NCBI GenBank assembly: GCA_964252035.1
Contig: OZ176203.1
Origin: Podarcis erhardii
Lineage: Eukaryota
Direction: 5' to 3' (one strand)
DNA length: 64,000 nucleotides
Each line of letters begins with the position of its first letter. Positions within the stretch are counted from its first letter, which is position 1. Under the pieces are notes generated by a model. It did not search any database. It was not told where the DNA came from and saw only the letters and a list, made by a program, of their open reading frames with translations. Position numbers and translations under genes: made by a program. This document shows, in pieces, positions 36,968 to 48,412 of the stretch.

Positions 36968-39553
36968 TTTTTATCCTACCTCAAATAATGGTGCATGACA
37001 GACTAGATAGTCTAACATTTGTTTCAGCAGAACTCCGCCCCCCACCTTTGGGGCAAATCATATTTCCTAAACCCAATGCAAGAGCTGAGAATGTCTCCAT
37101 AGCAATCTTTTTAGAGTTGTCAACACTTCTGATTGAAAAATTGTTCCCATTTTCATATTACTACATTGTTCATTTTTTAAAAAAAACCCTCCTTTGTAAA
37201 TTCAGTGCCATTTAAAAGTAAAACAAACATCATTGAATCATAATATTTAATAAAATGACAAGCAACAGAGAATTAAAGTGCATTTATCAAATGTGTGTCT
37301 GCAAACATACATACATCCTGATTATTAACACTTTTTGATAATAAGTAGCACAGAGAAGCCTTTTAATGCTACACCTGGGTAGTACCTACACTAGAACAAG
37401 TTAAAATGTCGGAAAATATTTTTATTAGTATTTATTGAATTTGCATACCATCCTACAGCTGAAGATCCCAGAGTGGTTCACAACAAAACACACACACACG
37501 AATATAGTTCTAATAAGAATATAGTTCTCTAGAATACTTCATCACAGCAGTTTGTTTTCATCCTAATAAAATAATGCAGCTTCCCCAGTGATGATAACAT
37601 GAGTGAAAACTAAAAGATCTTCTTTGAAGGTTACTAATTATCAATATTATCTCCTGTTTTACATGATGGTATATTCCTTAAGGTAAAACCTGCACAATAT
37701 CTAAGTCTTTCACAGGGATTGTGGCTCATGGGCCTGTTGATTCGTATGATGCCCAATTGTTAGGGTTCTCTTTTGGGAACTTGGATGAGGAACTTGGATG
37801 AGGAGAAGAGGTCAATAACTAACACCTGTTAAACCAATTGGGTTGTATGGTAGTTCTTGGGTTATGGTTGCCAGTGTTGTCTTGGAAAGCTCTGCTGCTA
37901 TCACTAACGTGCTGCCGGTACTGGGAACAACCTGAGACCAGGAACTGGCTTTCCAGGGTTGCCAGACAGAAATATGCCACCTCTGAAAATGGCAACTCTG
38001 TCCTTTCTGTAGCAAGCCAGCAGGGTTCTGGATATGGCAGTGGCTCTCCTACGAATCTCCCCTACTGAGTGAGGTGGGATTGCTCTAGCCATGTTCCTTC
38101 TGCTTTCTGCAGTCTTCACAAAATTGTGCCTGCTTATTCATAGACCATTCTAAATGACACTGAATATATGGAATGCCTTCCATCATTTTTTAACGATTGG
38201 CAGTAATTTCTAGGGAAGAGCTGTCATCAGGGACATAAATTTGGTTTTCCTCTTATAGGCTGATAAGGCACTAGAAAATGCAGTAATTCCCTCTTAACTT
38301 GATACAGGATTAATTTAATGCAACTATTTTTGTCTGAAGTGGAAAGTATGTAGAACAGATTTTTTTTTATGGCACTCTTCCTATGTAGGAATTGCTTTAT
38401 CTGTAGAAAAATTCAGCAGCGAGGAAGAAAATGTGCCCATCTTATATTTATATTTGCAAATCATTGGAATGGTCTTGATTATGTGGGTTCACTACATTCT
38501 CTGTGTTATTGTAGTACTCATATGTAAATATTTATTTATTTAAAAAATATTTTTGCTATTGTTGGGCATCCTTCTTATCTAATAATTAGGGCAAGAGATA
38601 AATTCAGTCTCATGCTGTACGATACAAAAATGTAATTTAGAAGAGAAATTTGGTACCATGTTAATTTTGAAGTAATAATTGAGGTAGTAACTGCTTCTAA
38701 CAGTTGAATTTGGTCACAGTAAAATGTGTCTGTAAGAGTGGTTGTATATCAGGTTTTCCTTTTCAAAAAAGTTATCTTAATAAAAATAAATTCTCTTTGC
38801 AATACAGAGGTTTGACTTCTATGGCTGATTCAGCATAGACCAAGAAAAAAATAACATGGTTTGCAAGCTGCTAACATCCTTAACAGAAACTTGCTTTGCT
38901 GTTGAATGTGTCCCTTGAGAATACTGGCCTAGCCTGAGTGTAAGAGAAACAGCAAATATTGGAGTACTGGTTCACTTTGAAAGAGCAGAAATCTCAACAA
39001 AGACTAAGGCCATGTTGCAGGAACATATATCTTTTCTCCATCTTTCTTTTTTAGCCAGCCAGGAGCAACCCTGGAGGCTGTGATCTTCAACACCATGGGA
39101 GCGGGATATTTCTTAATCTTTTTGTTGATCTTCATAAGATTCTGTTGGAGCCTTTTTGGCCAAAGACTGGAGTAAAAATGCTTTAAATAAACAGAGATAT
39201 TAACTTTTTTCTTTTTTTTCTTTTTTGCTCAGCATCTCTCTTCTCCCTCTCTCATAACTGCTTTCTGCTCGTGGAGGTTAAGGGTAGGCTTTAATAGGTA
39301 TAAGGTCCAAGATGGAGAATAAGACTTCATGGTCATTCCTCCTGAGCTCCCCTAGTTAGTCTCATATTCTGGGCAATGGTCTTTGGTTGTTGCTGCCTTG
39401 GCTGGCATGCTGTTTCATTAGGTCAGCTTCCCACAGCACATTACAAACAGTTCCGTTGGGCAAGTAAGCAGAGTGGCCGGCAGGCGAGGCAGACTTGTAT
39501 GTGCTGTCGGAACCGTGGGATGGAAAGCCAGCTGGCTTGGCCACAACCGGAGC

Positions 39554-39633
39554 GTCTCCCTTCTCAGCCTTGCCACTGCGGAGATCCATCAGTGTCTCCC
39601 TTCTCAGCCTTGCCACTGCAGAGATGCATCAGT
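39554..39633 (+). repeat. 40-bp tandem duplication (2 copies, few mismatches)
   Basis: gtctcccttctcagccttgccactgc(g/a)gagat(c/g)catcagt x2. Confidence 0.9.
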
Positions 39634-39646
39634 CATCCTCCTCTGA

Positions 39647-39952
39647 TGTGCGTTTGCGACTCAAGCTTCTGTGCATGCAAGAACACACATAACTCAGCAA
39701 AGTAAACACACAACAGATCAGGCTTGAGGCGTGGATACTATACTAAACTACGCATTTATTACACATAAATCAGTACAAAGAAAAACACGGCCTCTCTCCT
39801 TGTCGTTCTTCTTGGAGAGAGAGAAAACAAAAGCAGTACAGAACGGATGTTCCGCTCACAGGACTCCAGCAATCTGTGCCGGAATGTAAACAGACATGTG
39901 ACATGTAACAATCCCACATATCTGCAGCAAGGGTGGAATGGAATTCCCAACA
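39647..39952 (-). mobile_element. Candidate LTR of a Gypsy-like element
   Basis: The reverse strand starts TGTTGGG, ends ...CACA, has an internal AATAAA (39755-39760) and is followed by a PBS-like tcagaggaggat. No TSD or second LTR found. Confidence 0.35.
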
Positions 39953-40782
39953 TGTGCATTGTTCTACTCACATGGTGCACACTGGCACCACCAGTTTCAG
40001 TGGGGAGAGAGCAGGTGCCGCAGAGCAGGGAGTGAGCTGCAGCAAGGTATTTCGAGCGCAGAACTGTGTGTGTGTCTTTCACAGCCTGGCCCCTGCAGTG
40101 GAGTATGCCATCCTATTGCCAGTCCTGTATGTATAAAGAGGAAGGGTGTTCTTGCCCTTTGTTTTAGGCAGCAAAATTAGGGTGGACTTAGCACGTGTAA
40201 AACTTTCTGTGGCTTGAGTACGGGCAACCTGAAAGATAATGAATTTGCCTGGGTGCTAAGGTCTTCGGATGAGCGCGAGCACATTCGCTTGCTCCCATAT
40301 TCTGGCATTCCCTCTGAAGAGAGGTTAGATTGGCTTCCTCTTTGTTAACCTTCCACCGGCAGGCTAAGAGCTTCATATTCAGACAGGCCTTTGAAGATTA
40401 AAGTGCAGACGATGCTGCACTGGAATGCTGTCAGGAATATGTTCTGCTGCATTTCAATTACTGTTTTTAACTAGTTTGCTTTTGTTACTTTGTATTTTAT
40501 AATGTTTTAAATATTTTAAGCTGCCCCGAATCCCAATTTGGGAGAAAGGCAGAATATAAATACATCAAATAATCATAATAATGTAGCAAAAATTATGTCC
40601 CTGGTACCATCAAAATATGCACGGAATATCATTGGATTCATAGTGCTTTTTAAAATCCTAGTTTTAATGGTGCCAAGCTCGAAAGCAAGTATAGCTAACA
40701 GGTAGTCCTAAGAGCTCTCCTTGTGCTCTCATAAACGTCAGCACTGACAACAGAATGTATGAAGTACTGTTGAATTTTCATT

Positions 40783-40908
40783 GAATCATAGAATTAGAAG
40801 GGAACATGAGGATCATCTAGTCCAACCCCCTGCAATGCAGGGATCTTTCACCCAACGTGGGGCTCGAACCCACTACCCTGAGATTAAGTCTCATAGTCTA
40901 CCGACTGG
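40783..40908 (-). mobile_element. tRNA-Lys(CTT)-derived SINE with a CR1-type 3' tail
   Basis: The reverse strand cagtcggtagactatgagacttaatctcagggtagtgggttcgagccccacgttgggtg is tRNA-Lys-like (anticodon loop lacks 2 nt), followed by ggttggactagatgatcctc...ttctatgattc. Confidence 0.85.
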
Positions 40909-41114
40909 TGCAAAAGCTAATTCTGATGGTGTTGAGCACATAAAATGTTCTCGGGCTGAACACTTCTTGTTTTGCTTCAGTTTTCCTAAGTACATTTTAG
41001 AGACCTGAATCTTTGACCAGATGCAGTTTATCAATATATGTTTATACTAGGTAAGGCTTTCTGTTTGTGTAATATATGAGGTCACACATGAGAAATATGT
41101 GTTTTTCTTCATAG

Positions 41115-41222
41115 GTCCTGTTTTCAATGTCTCTGTGGAATCGCATAAAACAACAGTTTATCGAGGAGAGCTGGTGAAATTAGATTGCATCATCTCCATT
41201 GCAGGGACAGTACTCAGTCCAG
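41115..41222 (+). CDS. PTGFRN: PTGFRN short coding exon (start of Ig domain 6; probable exon 7); absent from the ORF track
   Basis: ttttcttcatag|GT acceptor, CCAG|gtatg donor, 108 bp, phase 1-1. Reads GPVFNVSVESHKTTVYRGELVKLDCIISIAGTVLSP, similar to human GPIFNASVHSDTPSVIRGDLIKLFCII (recalled). Confidence 0.92.
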
Positions 41223-43374
41223 GTATGATTTGAACCTCTTGAATGATAATGGCTTTTCCTTTTTCCCTGTTTATTTTTGAATATGCTCACAATTTAGGAT
41301 GTGTTATGCCTGTAAGTAGAAGTTGGAATTAAATGATCCATTTCCACAATACCATGGGAAGTCTTGAAGATTGGACCCCTTTCTAATTTACATAATTTGC
41401 TAGCTTCACCCTTTATCAAACTTCTTATAATCTGAGTTGGATTATAATTATCAGGTGCTTCTGTAACCTGCAGCTGTGCTTGGGTGAGTTTCACTTTCTT
41501 AGTCATACCAGGGAGCTCTGGGTCTGAATTTTCCATGAAAGCATAGATGGAGTTGATGCAGCCCTAGAACTTGTGGAATTGAAGAAAGAGATCCACACCT
41601 GCCACAATCCTACACTTCATTATCCACTGTTAACTCACACCCTTTCTGTACGCTATGAGATGCCAGTTGTTTGCCCAGCTGTCAAGACAGAATAAAAACT
41701 GTGGACAGAAGTTTTATCGTGCAGAACTGGAGACAGTTCCCAGAGGACAGATGATTTTTGGAGCTATCTTTCAGCCAATTTGAAGTGGCTGCCCATCTAA
41801 TTTTGAACATGGTTGCTTATTAATTAATAGTTGCTGCCACATTGGCTAGTTTAGCAGTGAACTAAGACTTTCTTTCATTATCTGAGTACTGTCTCAGTTG
41901 AGAATGGAACCCTGTGATGAATTGCAGGTCTTCAATAGCTAATCTCAGCAAAACAGTACATCTGAAAGTGTCCACATAGTAAGGAATCCTAGTCCTTCGT
42001 GAGATAATATAAAATTTTACTTTTGTACTCAAAATCCTGCTGCTGTTTTGCTTTTTTTTTTCCTGTGGAAGAGTTACATGTTTAATCATCACTGTATACC
42101 TCTTGAAAACACACTACATCCAGCACATTTCTGAATATGCTTATTTGACTGAGCAGCCTGGTCGTTGTGGGTGTTCGGCACACAAATCTGGGCTTAGCTA
42201 TTTTCAGTTAAGCTTTGCAGCTCACCTATACAAATGTAATTCTGATGGGTGTTTATACTTTTTATGCAGTATGTTGAGGACACATCTAGGGCAAACAATT
42301 CATTTTTCCTTAATCCTTAGTATTTGTGTTGATGTGTTCAAAGTGCTTACAGGAAGTATTTCAAAAAACCTTGCTGAACTAAGAAGCCAAATGCCCTTTT
42401 GTCTGTCAGCCTGTTCCTTTCCTTAAAACTTTTTTTTAAAAAATCAATTTGTTCAGTAACTATAAGTGTTGGACCTTTGATTTGTTAACACAATACCATA
42501 AGTTACTTAATGTCCAGTGAATGGTACTGCCAAAAGTACTCCATTTAACTACTGGTCCAGACAATAAAAGGCAAAAACCTACAATCTTAACAGGCAACTT
42601 TATACCCTTATTGCTAATCACTCCCACAATAAGGAAGGGTGAATTGGACTATTTCTGGTCCATATCACTTTTGCATGTGTTTACCCATAAGTCCAGTACA
42701 TCCTTCTTCCTCGTTAATAATGAAGAATTGTGTTTGTATACATATTTCTAAATGCCTTCTCTCAAAACATACTTTGAATTTTTTATGACCCGAGAACTAC
42801 AGATCCAGTCAGTTTGTATCAGAATTCACAAACGTCAAATTCTTCAAGTATTCCTACCAAACTATTCGTGCAATATGCACTTGGCACAGTGCTGCGTTAT
42901 AGAAATATACCACAAATGTGTCTACTGTTATAAATCTTCTTCAGCCTTCTGGTTTAAGGTTCCCTGAAGGAACCAGGAGTACAGCTGCCATGTTTGGAGC
43001 TGTTTCTATCCAGGCCAAAGGAAAGTGGTTCCTTTCCTTGTCTGTTTGTGTCTCTCATGTCCCATCCCCCCACTCCCTCTGGATTGGTTCTGTCACTAGT
43101 CTGTGTGATCACCAACCCCATTCAGTTACATCGGAGTATAGAGAGTTAACAGGTACGGATAGTTTGGCTGTGCTGGATGGAGCCTCACCTGTATTTTCCA
43201 CCATTCAGCAGTACATACTTCCTGCTGTTACTTCACAACAAAAGTTGGATTACTAGAGCCATAACTCTACAGATATTTCATTAGCACTTGGTTTCTGATA
43301 AACAGAATCATTCCTATTTTCATTTTTGCTGTAGTAGACTTAAAGTCCTTGGTAGAGAAGATACACCCTGAAAG

Positions 43375-43512
43375 CAGGAGTGAGTCACCTGTGGCTGTTG
43401 TGATGTTGTTGGACTCCAGCTCTCCTCACCCTCAGCCGGCATAGCCTATGATCGGGGGGGGGGGGGGGATGGAAGTTGTAGTCAAACAACAGCTGGAGGG
43501 CCACAGGTTTTT
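43375..43512. mobile_element. Diverged hAT-like MITE (same family as 53019)
   Basis: acctgtggc...gatgttgttggactccagctc...gttgtagtc...ctggagggccacaggtt. Confidence 0.6.
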
Positions 43513-46500
43513 AGGTTAGCTTTTCCATAGGTCCGTGTGCAGAGTTCATATTTTGTGGACAAGCATTTGAATAAAAGACTTTAATATGCTGCAACTACAA
43601 CTTGTAAACACTACTGTGGGAATTACAAAATCAAGGAAAAGTCTCTGTGTCCTTGCTTTCTTTTGTTAAATACAAATGGTCTTGGCACTGAGATTTGGCT
43701 AGGCTTAAGGAGCTCTATTCTTTCAAGCTGATGTACACAGTGCCAAGCAGATAGGCTGGGAATGGGACTCAGAATCGTGAAGGCTGGTTGACCAAGGGAA
43801 TTGACTAAAGGTCAGAGAATTTAGACTTGCATGTAACTTGCATATAACTGTGTGCTTTATATGTCAATCCACTTCAAAGTTCCTCCAAGGAAGGAAGTGT
43901 CCTAGCACTGTAGTTTGCCCCATGTACACAGTTTTAAAGCTTAATTTGTCACAGCTCCAAATGCTATCTTTCTCTATCCGCAGAAATGCCACAAGAGCTT
44001 CTCCAAAGTGTGACAAATATTATTCACATCTTAGAATAGTAATTGCCTACAGCCATCTCTCTTTAAAGTCCATTAGTATAAAAATTAAATCCGACCAGGA
44101 CTTCTGTTAGATTCCACTGCATCTTGCTTCTGACTGATGTTTTTATTCCTGCTTCTGCCACTGTTTCTGCTTTTATTGCTGCTTCTGCAATCCCCAGTAT
44201 CGTCCAAACTCACAAAATATTCACCAGATTTACTGAAATATTGTCCACGTGTATTATAAATTTACAAAGGTTAATGTCAGGGCCGTGAGAGATGAAAGCA
44301 AAATGAAACTGTGGAAAAGATAGGTAGTAGCTTAAGACATGCTCCTCTTCCTAGGAGTTACGTCTCTTGGCGTGTTCTAGTGTAATTGGATCAAGTTAGT
44401 CAGAAATGTGAAGTCCAGGAATGAGATGGATAGATATTTGGGTAATGAATGGCTTTAGGGATTGAAAGTAAGGTATCTGGGACATTCGCATCCCTCTGGT
44501 CAGAGATTCTGATAACCCATCTGGATGAAGATAGATTGTTCCCATCTGTTGGACATCTTAATGTTGGGTCTTGGGCAGTTTCTCGGATTGGCTGTCCACA
44601 TGACAAACTACAAATATGCAAGGTTTTTTTAATTGGCTTCCCTTCAGCTACAGCGGATGAATGGACTGCACAGATGATGCACGTTATCCAATAGAAATGA
44701 TCCTATTAGGGTGCACAGCTTGTGAATAATGCTTGTTTCTGGTACCTTTTTATCTGCAACAGAAGGCAGGATAACATAATTTCCACAAGGGTAATCAATA
44801 AACAGCTTATGACAAATGGCAGTACCTAATAACAGCAAAAAATATCTTAATGTGGCAAAAACCAAGCTAGAGACTTCTAGAGTTCTCTAGGCTGCATTTT
44901 GTATTTCACGTGGGCAGGGTAACTTTCATGAGTTACAAGATATAGACTGGGAGTTTCCTTCTGGCTCCCGGTCTATGTCTTAATGCCTCTGTAATCTTTA
45001 TGCTTTTGATGAAGCTTTGATTTGCATTCCCTACTGTTCCCCGCAGACAAAAGCGTAGTTTTGCAGTCAAATAAGCCCAGGATGTGCATAATTGCACCCC
45101 TCCTCCAATGAAACTTTTGTTGATTTTGGTTTTGTAATTTTGAGAACATTTTCATTACACTCTTCTAGAGTCTTGTACATCTTCCATGTTGATATTATTG
45201 TAACTTGATGCTGATAGACAATTTTCAACTTCTCTTCTTAGATTGTGGTGTGAGTGTAATGTTAAGATGATTTATTTTATTGCTAGCCACTTGAGTATTG
45301 CACAGAGGAACATGGGATATAAATTTAACAAAGATATAAAAATGTACACGTACTTAAGTCTCATGTGTAAAGCACCTTTCACAAGTCTAGTAAAAATGGA
45401 TAAGCATCATGCTTCTTTTCAGATGAGGCAACTGCCTTCTTTTATCATGAACGTAATCAGTTGACATCCACTTCGTGCAAAGATTGTCATAATGAACTTT
45501 GGCTTTGAGGGTACAGCCCAAGCAATATTATAGCAGGCATAGTTATGGTAAATCTATTCTTTGTAGTATGTGATGGTTCTTACACTTGCTTCCCAGCTCT
45601 CAGAAGACTAGGACTAGAAGACAGTTGCAACGATTAAACTGCATCCTCAGCTACCAGTCTAATGAGGTTAAAAGTGCAGATCTGCTAATGGATTTAGTAT
45701 AATCTTGCACATTGGAGGGAAGAATGCAGGATATACTGATGGACTCTGACTACCTGTCATCCAGTGTTAGAGGTGGAAGTCAGTGCAAAGACACTTGAGA
45801 GAGATTAGGCTGTTAGTGAAATTGGAGGCCTTTGTTCCTAATGGCACACCACCCAAAGTAGATATGTAGGTAGGTGATCTGAATTGGGGCAATGAATACA
45901 GGGAACAAACCTTGCAATGTCACAGAAACTTGTTTGTACTAGTGTCTGTAAGGCAACCTGCTTATACTTGCATTACCTCAGTTTTAGGGGAATACTGCTG
46001 TCTGATATTGTTTCATAACCCATGATTTGATGTCTTGTTTTGAAGGTTACAATAGCTTGCCCTTCCACCTTAAACAGGTTGGCTATTCCTATGAGCATTA
46101 CTATACTTTCCTAAAGCCATGCTACGTTTTCCTCTTCTTTTCCCATGTCCTCATAAAGAACAGTTCGAGCATATCTTAAAACTACAGTAAATGATGCAAG
46201 AATGAACACATACTGGCCTGTAGTAAGCAAAACCAGAAATCTCAGATAGGAGCATGCACAGCAATCTGTCTCGTCATCACATATAAATTGGAGATTATGC
46301 TTTAAAACAGCCCTTTTATAACGGGAATATTAGGTTCAGTTTTTGAACTATGCAGTTTACCCAAATGGTGAGCAAAGAACTTTGCAGTAATTCAAGATAG
46401 AGAACAGAGACTGGAAAAAGAGGACTGTGGTGATGCCATCAAAACCAGTTTTAGATCATATTTATGTGATTTTGCAGTGAATATAGTGGAGTTAAATGCA

Positions 46501-46671
46501 GTGTAGCTGAAGATTAACAAAGGTTGAAGGGCTGTCTCATGCAGCCCCTCTGAATTCTTGCTTTCCCATCAGTCTGAAGCAGAATATCAATCTGAAGCAG
46601 AATAACTGCGTAGTATTGCCCCAAATGTACTGCTGCAAATGGAGCTCCTTATGCTAATAATCACATTAGCC

Positions 46672-46922
46672 CAGGGGTAGGCAAGCTAAGGTCCAGGGGC
46701 CAGTTGCAGCCCAATTGCCTTCTCAATCCGGCCCGTGGACGGTCCGGGAATCAGCGTGTTTTTACATAAGTAGAATGTGTTCTTTTATTTAAAATGCATC
46801 TCTGGGTTATTTGTGGGCATAGGAATTCATTCTTTTTTTTCCTTTCCAAAATATAGTCCAACCCCCACATGGTCTGAGGGATGGTGGACCAGCCCACGGC
46901 TGGAAAAGGTTGCTGACCCCTG
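46672..46922. mobile_element. hAT-type MITE, 251 bp
   Basis: TIRs caggggtaggcaa / ttgctgacccctg; 8-bp TSD cattagcc / cattagtc. Confidence 0.85.
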
Positions 46923-47142
46923 CATTAGTCCTTTCTTCTGCTCCTGACAAGCTTAGAGTTGAGGCTATTGCTCAGAAGGACCCACAAATTGGAGACCATT
47001 CATTGTTGGATGCAATTAAGCCTTTTCAGTTTAGCAAACTTGACTCTGGGAAGGGCAAGAGGAAGCTCTGTACCTACCTGGGACTGTTGTGTTTAGTGAT
47101 ACCTACCCTTTACATTGGTTTTGTTTGTGTTTCCCAATTCAG

Positions 47143-47448
47143 ATGACATGTCCTTCGATGTCTCCTGGTTTGCCATGCACTCGATCGCAATGGACAGAGA
47201 CCCCGTTTTCCTCGCTTCATTAGATCGGAAAGGGATAGTCACCCAGGCTAAAAGAAATGGAAGCAGTGATGTCAGCTTGGAAAGAATCAGCCCCATGGAA
47301 TTCCGTCTTAGGATTCATGGCTGTGAAGACCAGGACTTTGGCAACCACTACTGCTTAGTAACCCCCTGGGTACGGTCAACTGCAGGGATCTGGCAACAAG
47401 AGATGGAGGTCAAATCCAAGCCAATCCTTGTAACTGTGAAAATGGATG
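47143..47448 (+). CDS. PTGFRN: PTGFRN coding exon (rest of Ig domain 6; probable exon 8)
   Basis: aattcag|AT acceptor, GATG|gtaag donor, 306 bp. DDMSFDVSWFA...DFGNHYCLVTPWVRS...VTVKMD. Confidence 0.94.
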
Positions 47449-48245
47449 GTAAGAGTGCCTCCAATTTGTTTATATATAGCATTATCAGTTGTCATTGAGA
47501 ACTAATCAACATACTTTTTCTTTTAGCATAGTGGCAAACAACAGAATGCTTTCTACCACTATTGGTTGTTATGACTGCCCATGAGGGTTTTCCCGTTCTT
47601 GCATCACTAAGTGATGATCCAGGGAAAATCAGACAAAACTGCTAGAACGCACTAACATGATAGCTTGCAATTTGATTTCTTGTAGTAGTAGTTGCTCTGT
47701 TTTCTATTTGTTTTATTTAACTAGTTTGTATAATTAGTCTGCAGAAATCTTCTGTTTTTCTGTTGAATGTGAGTTGTTTGAAGCAACATACATTTCACTC
47801 TACAGGCATATGCTCATTCCAAGCCACCATGTTATGCTGGCTTACAGTGTTGTTTCGATTACTGGCCTTCATGGTAATTGGTTGCCTTTTAAATATAGAT
47901 TGAACTGGACATTTGCTGGTGGAAAGTCTCAGCGTTTGATTCTTTTTCTTAAAATTTAGAATGGAAGGTGGGATGTTTAGGTAATCATAGATAACAGTAG
48001 CTGACCAATATTTCTTTCAGTACTCTTAACATTTTTAATCTTTATAAATTGACCTGGGACTGCATTGACATCTCTATGAATCTCTGTTACTTTCTCTGTC
48101 CAGGTGCAAGTAACAAATGGCAAAGGAATACGTTTTCTAACTTGCATATATCCAGATCTGAAATAGCCCCTTTTAATGCAAGAAACATTTTCTCTCTCTG
48201 GATTGTGCATAACATTTCTTCTTCTTCTTTCTCCCTCACCCTCAG

Positions 48246-48412
48246 TGCTGAATGCTTTCAAATTCCCACTGTTGATTGGCATTGGCCTGTCCACAATCAT
48301 TGGACTCTTATCCTGTCTGATTGGCTACTGCAGTTCCCGTTGGTGTTGCAAGAAGGAAGTTCAAGAAACCCGACGAGAGAGACGCCGACTTATGTCTATG
48401 GAAATGGACTGA
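48246..48412 (+). CDS. PTGFRN: PTGFRN last coding exon: transmembrane helix and cytoplasmic tail, stop TGA 48410-48412
   Basis: Long pyrimidine tract, ctcag|TG acceptor. VLNAFKFPLLIGIGLSTIIGLLSCLIGYCSSRWCCKKEVQETRRERRRLMSMEMD* is the characteristic PTGFRN C-terminus. Confidence 0.96.

Noticed and set aside
37777-37804. 13-bp tandem duplication gaacttggatgag x2 and a nearby 46-bp agggttgcca...tggcaactct mini-IR (~37954-37999)
   Set aside because: Ordinary slippage or a degenerate MITE remnant, with no further structure.
40849-40908. Functional tRNA-Lys gene
   Set aside because: The 5' acceptor strand is missing, the anticodon loop lacks 2 nt and the sequence is fused to a CR1 tail, so it is a SINE.
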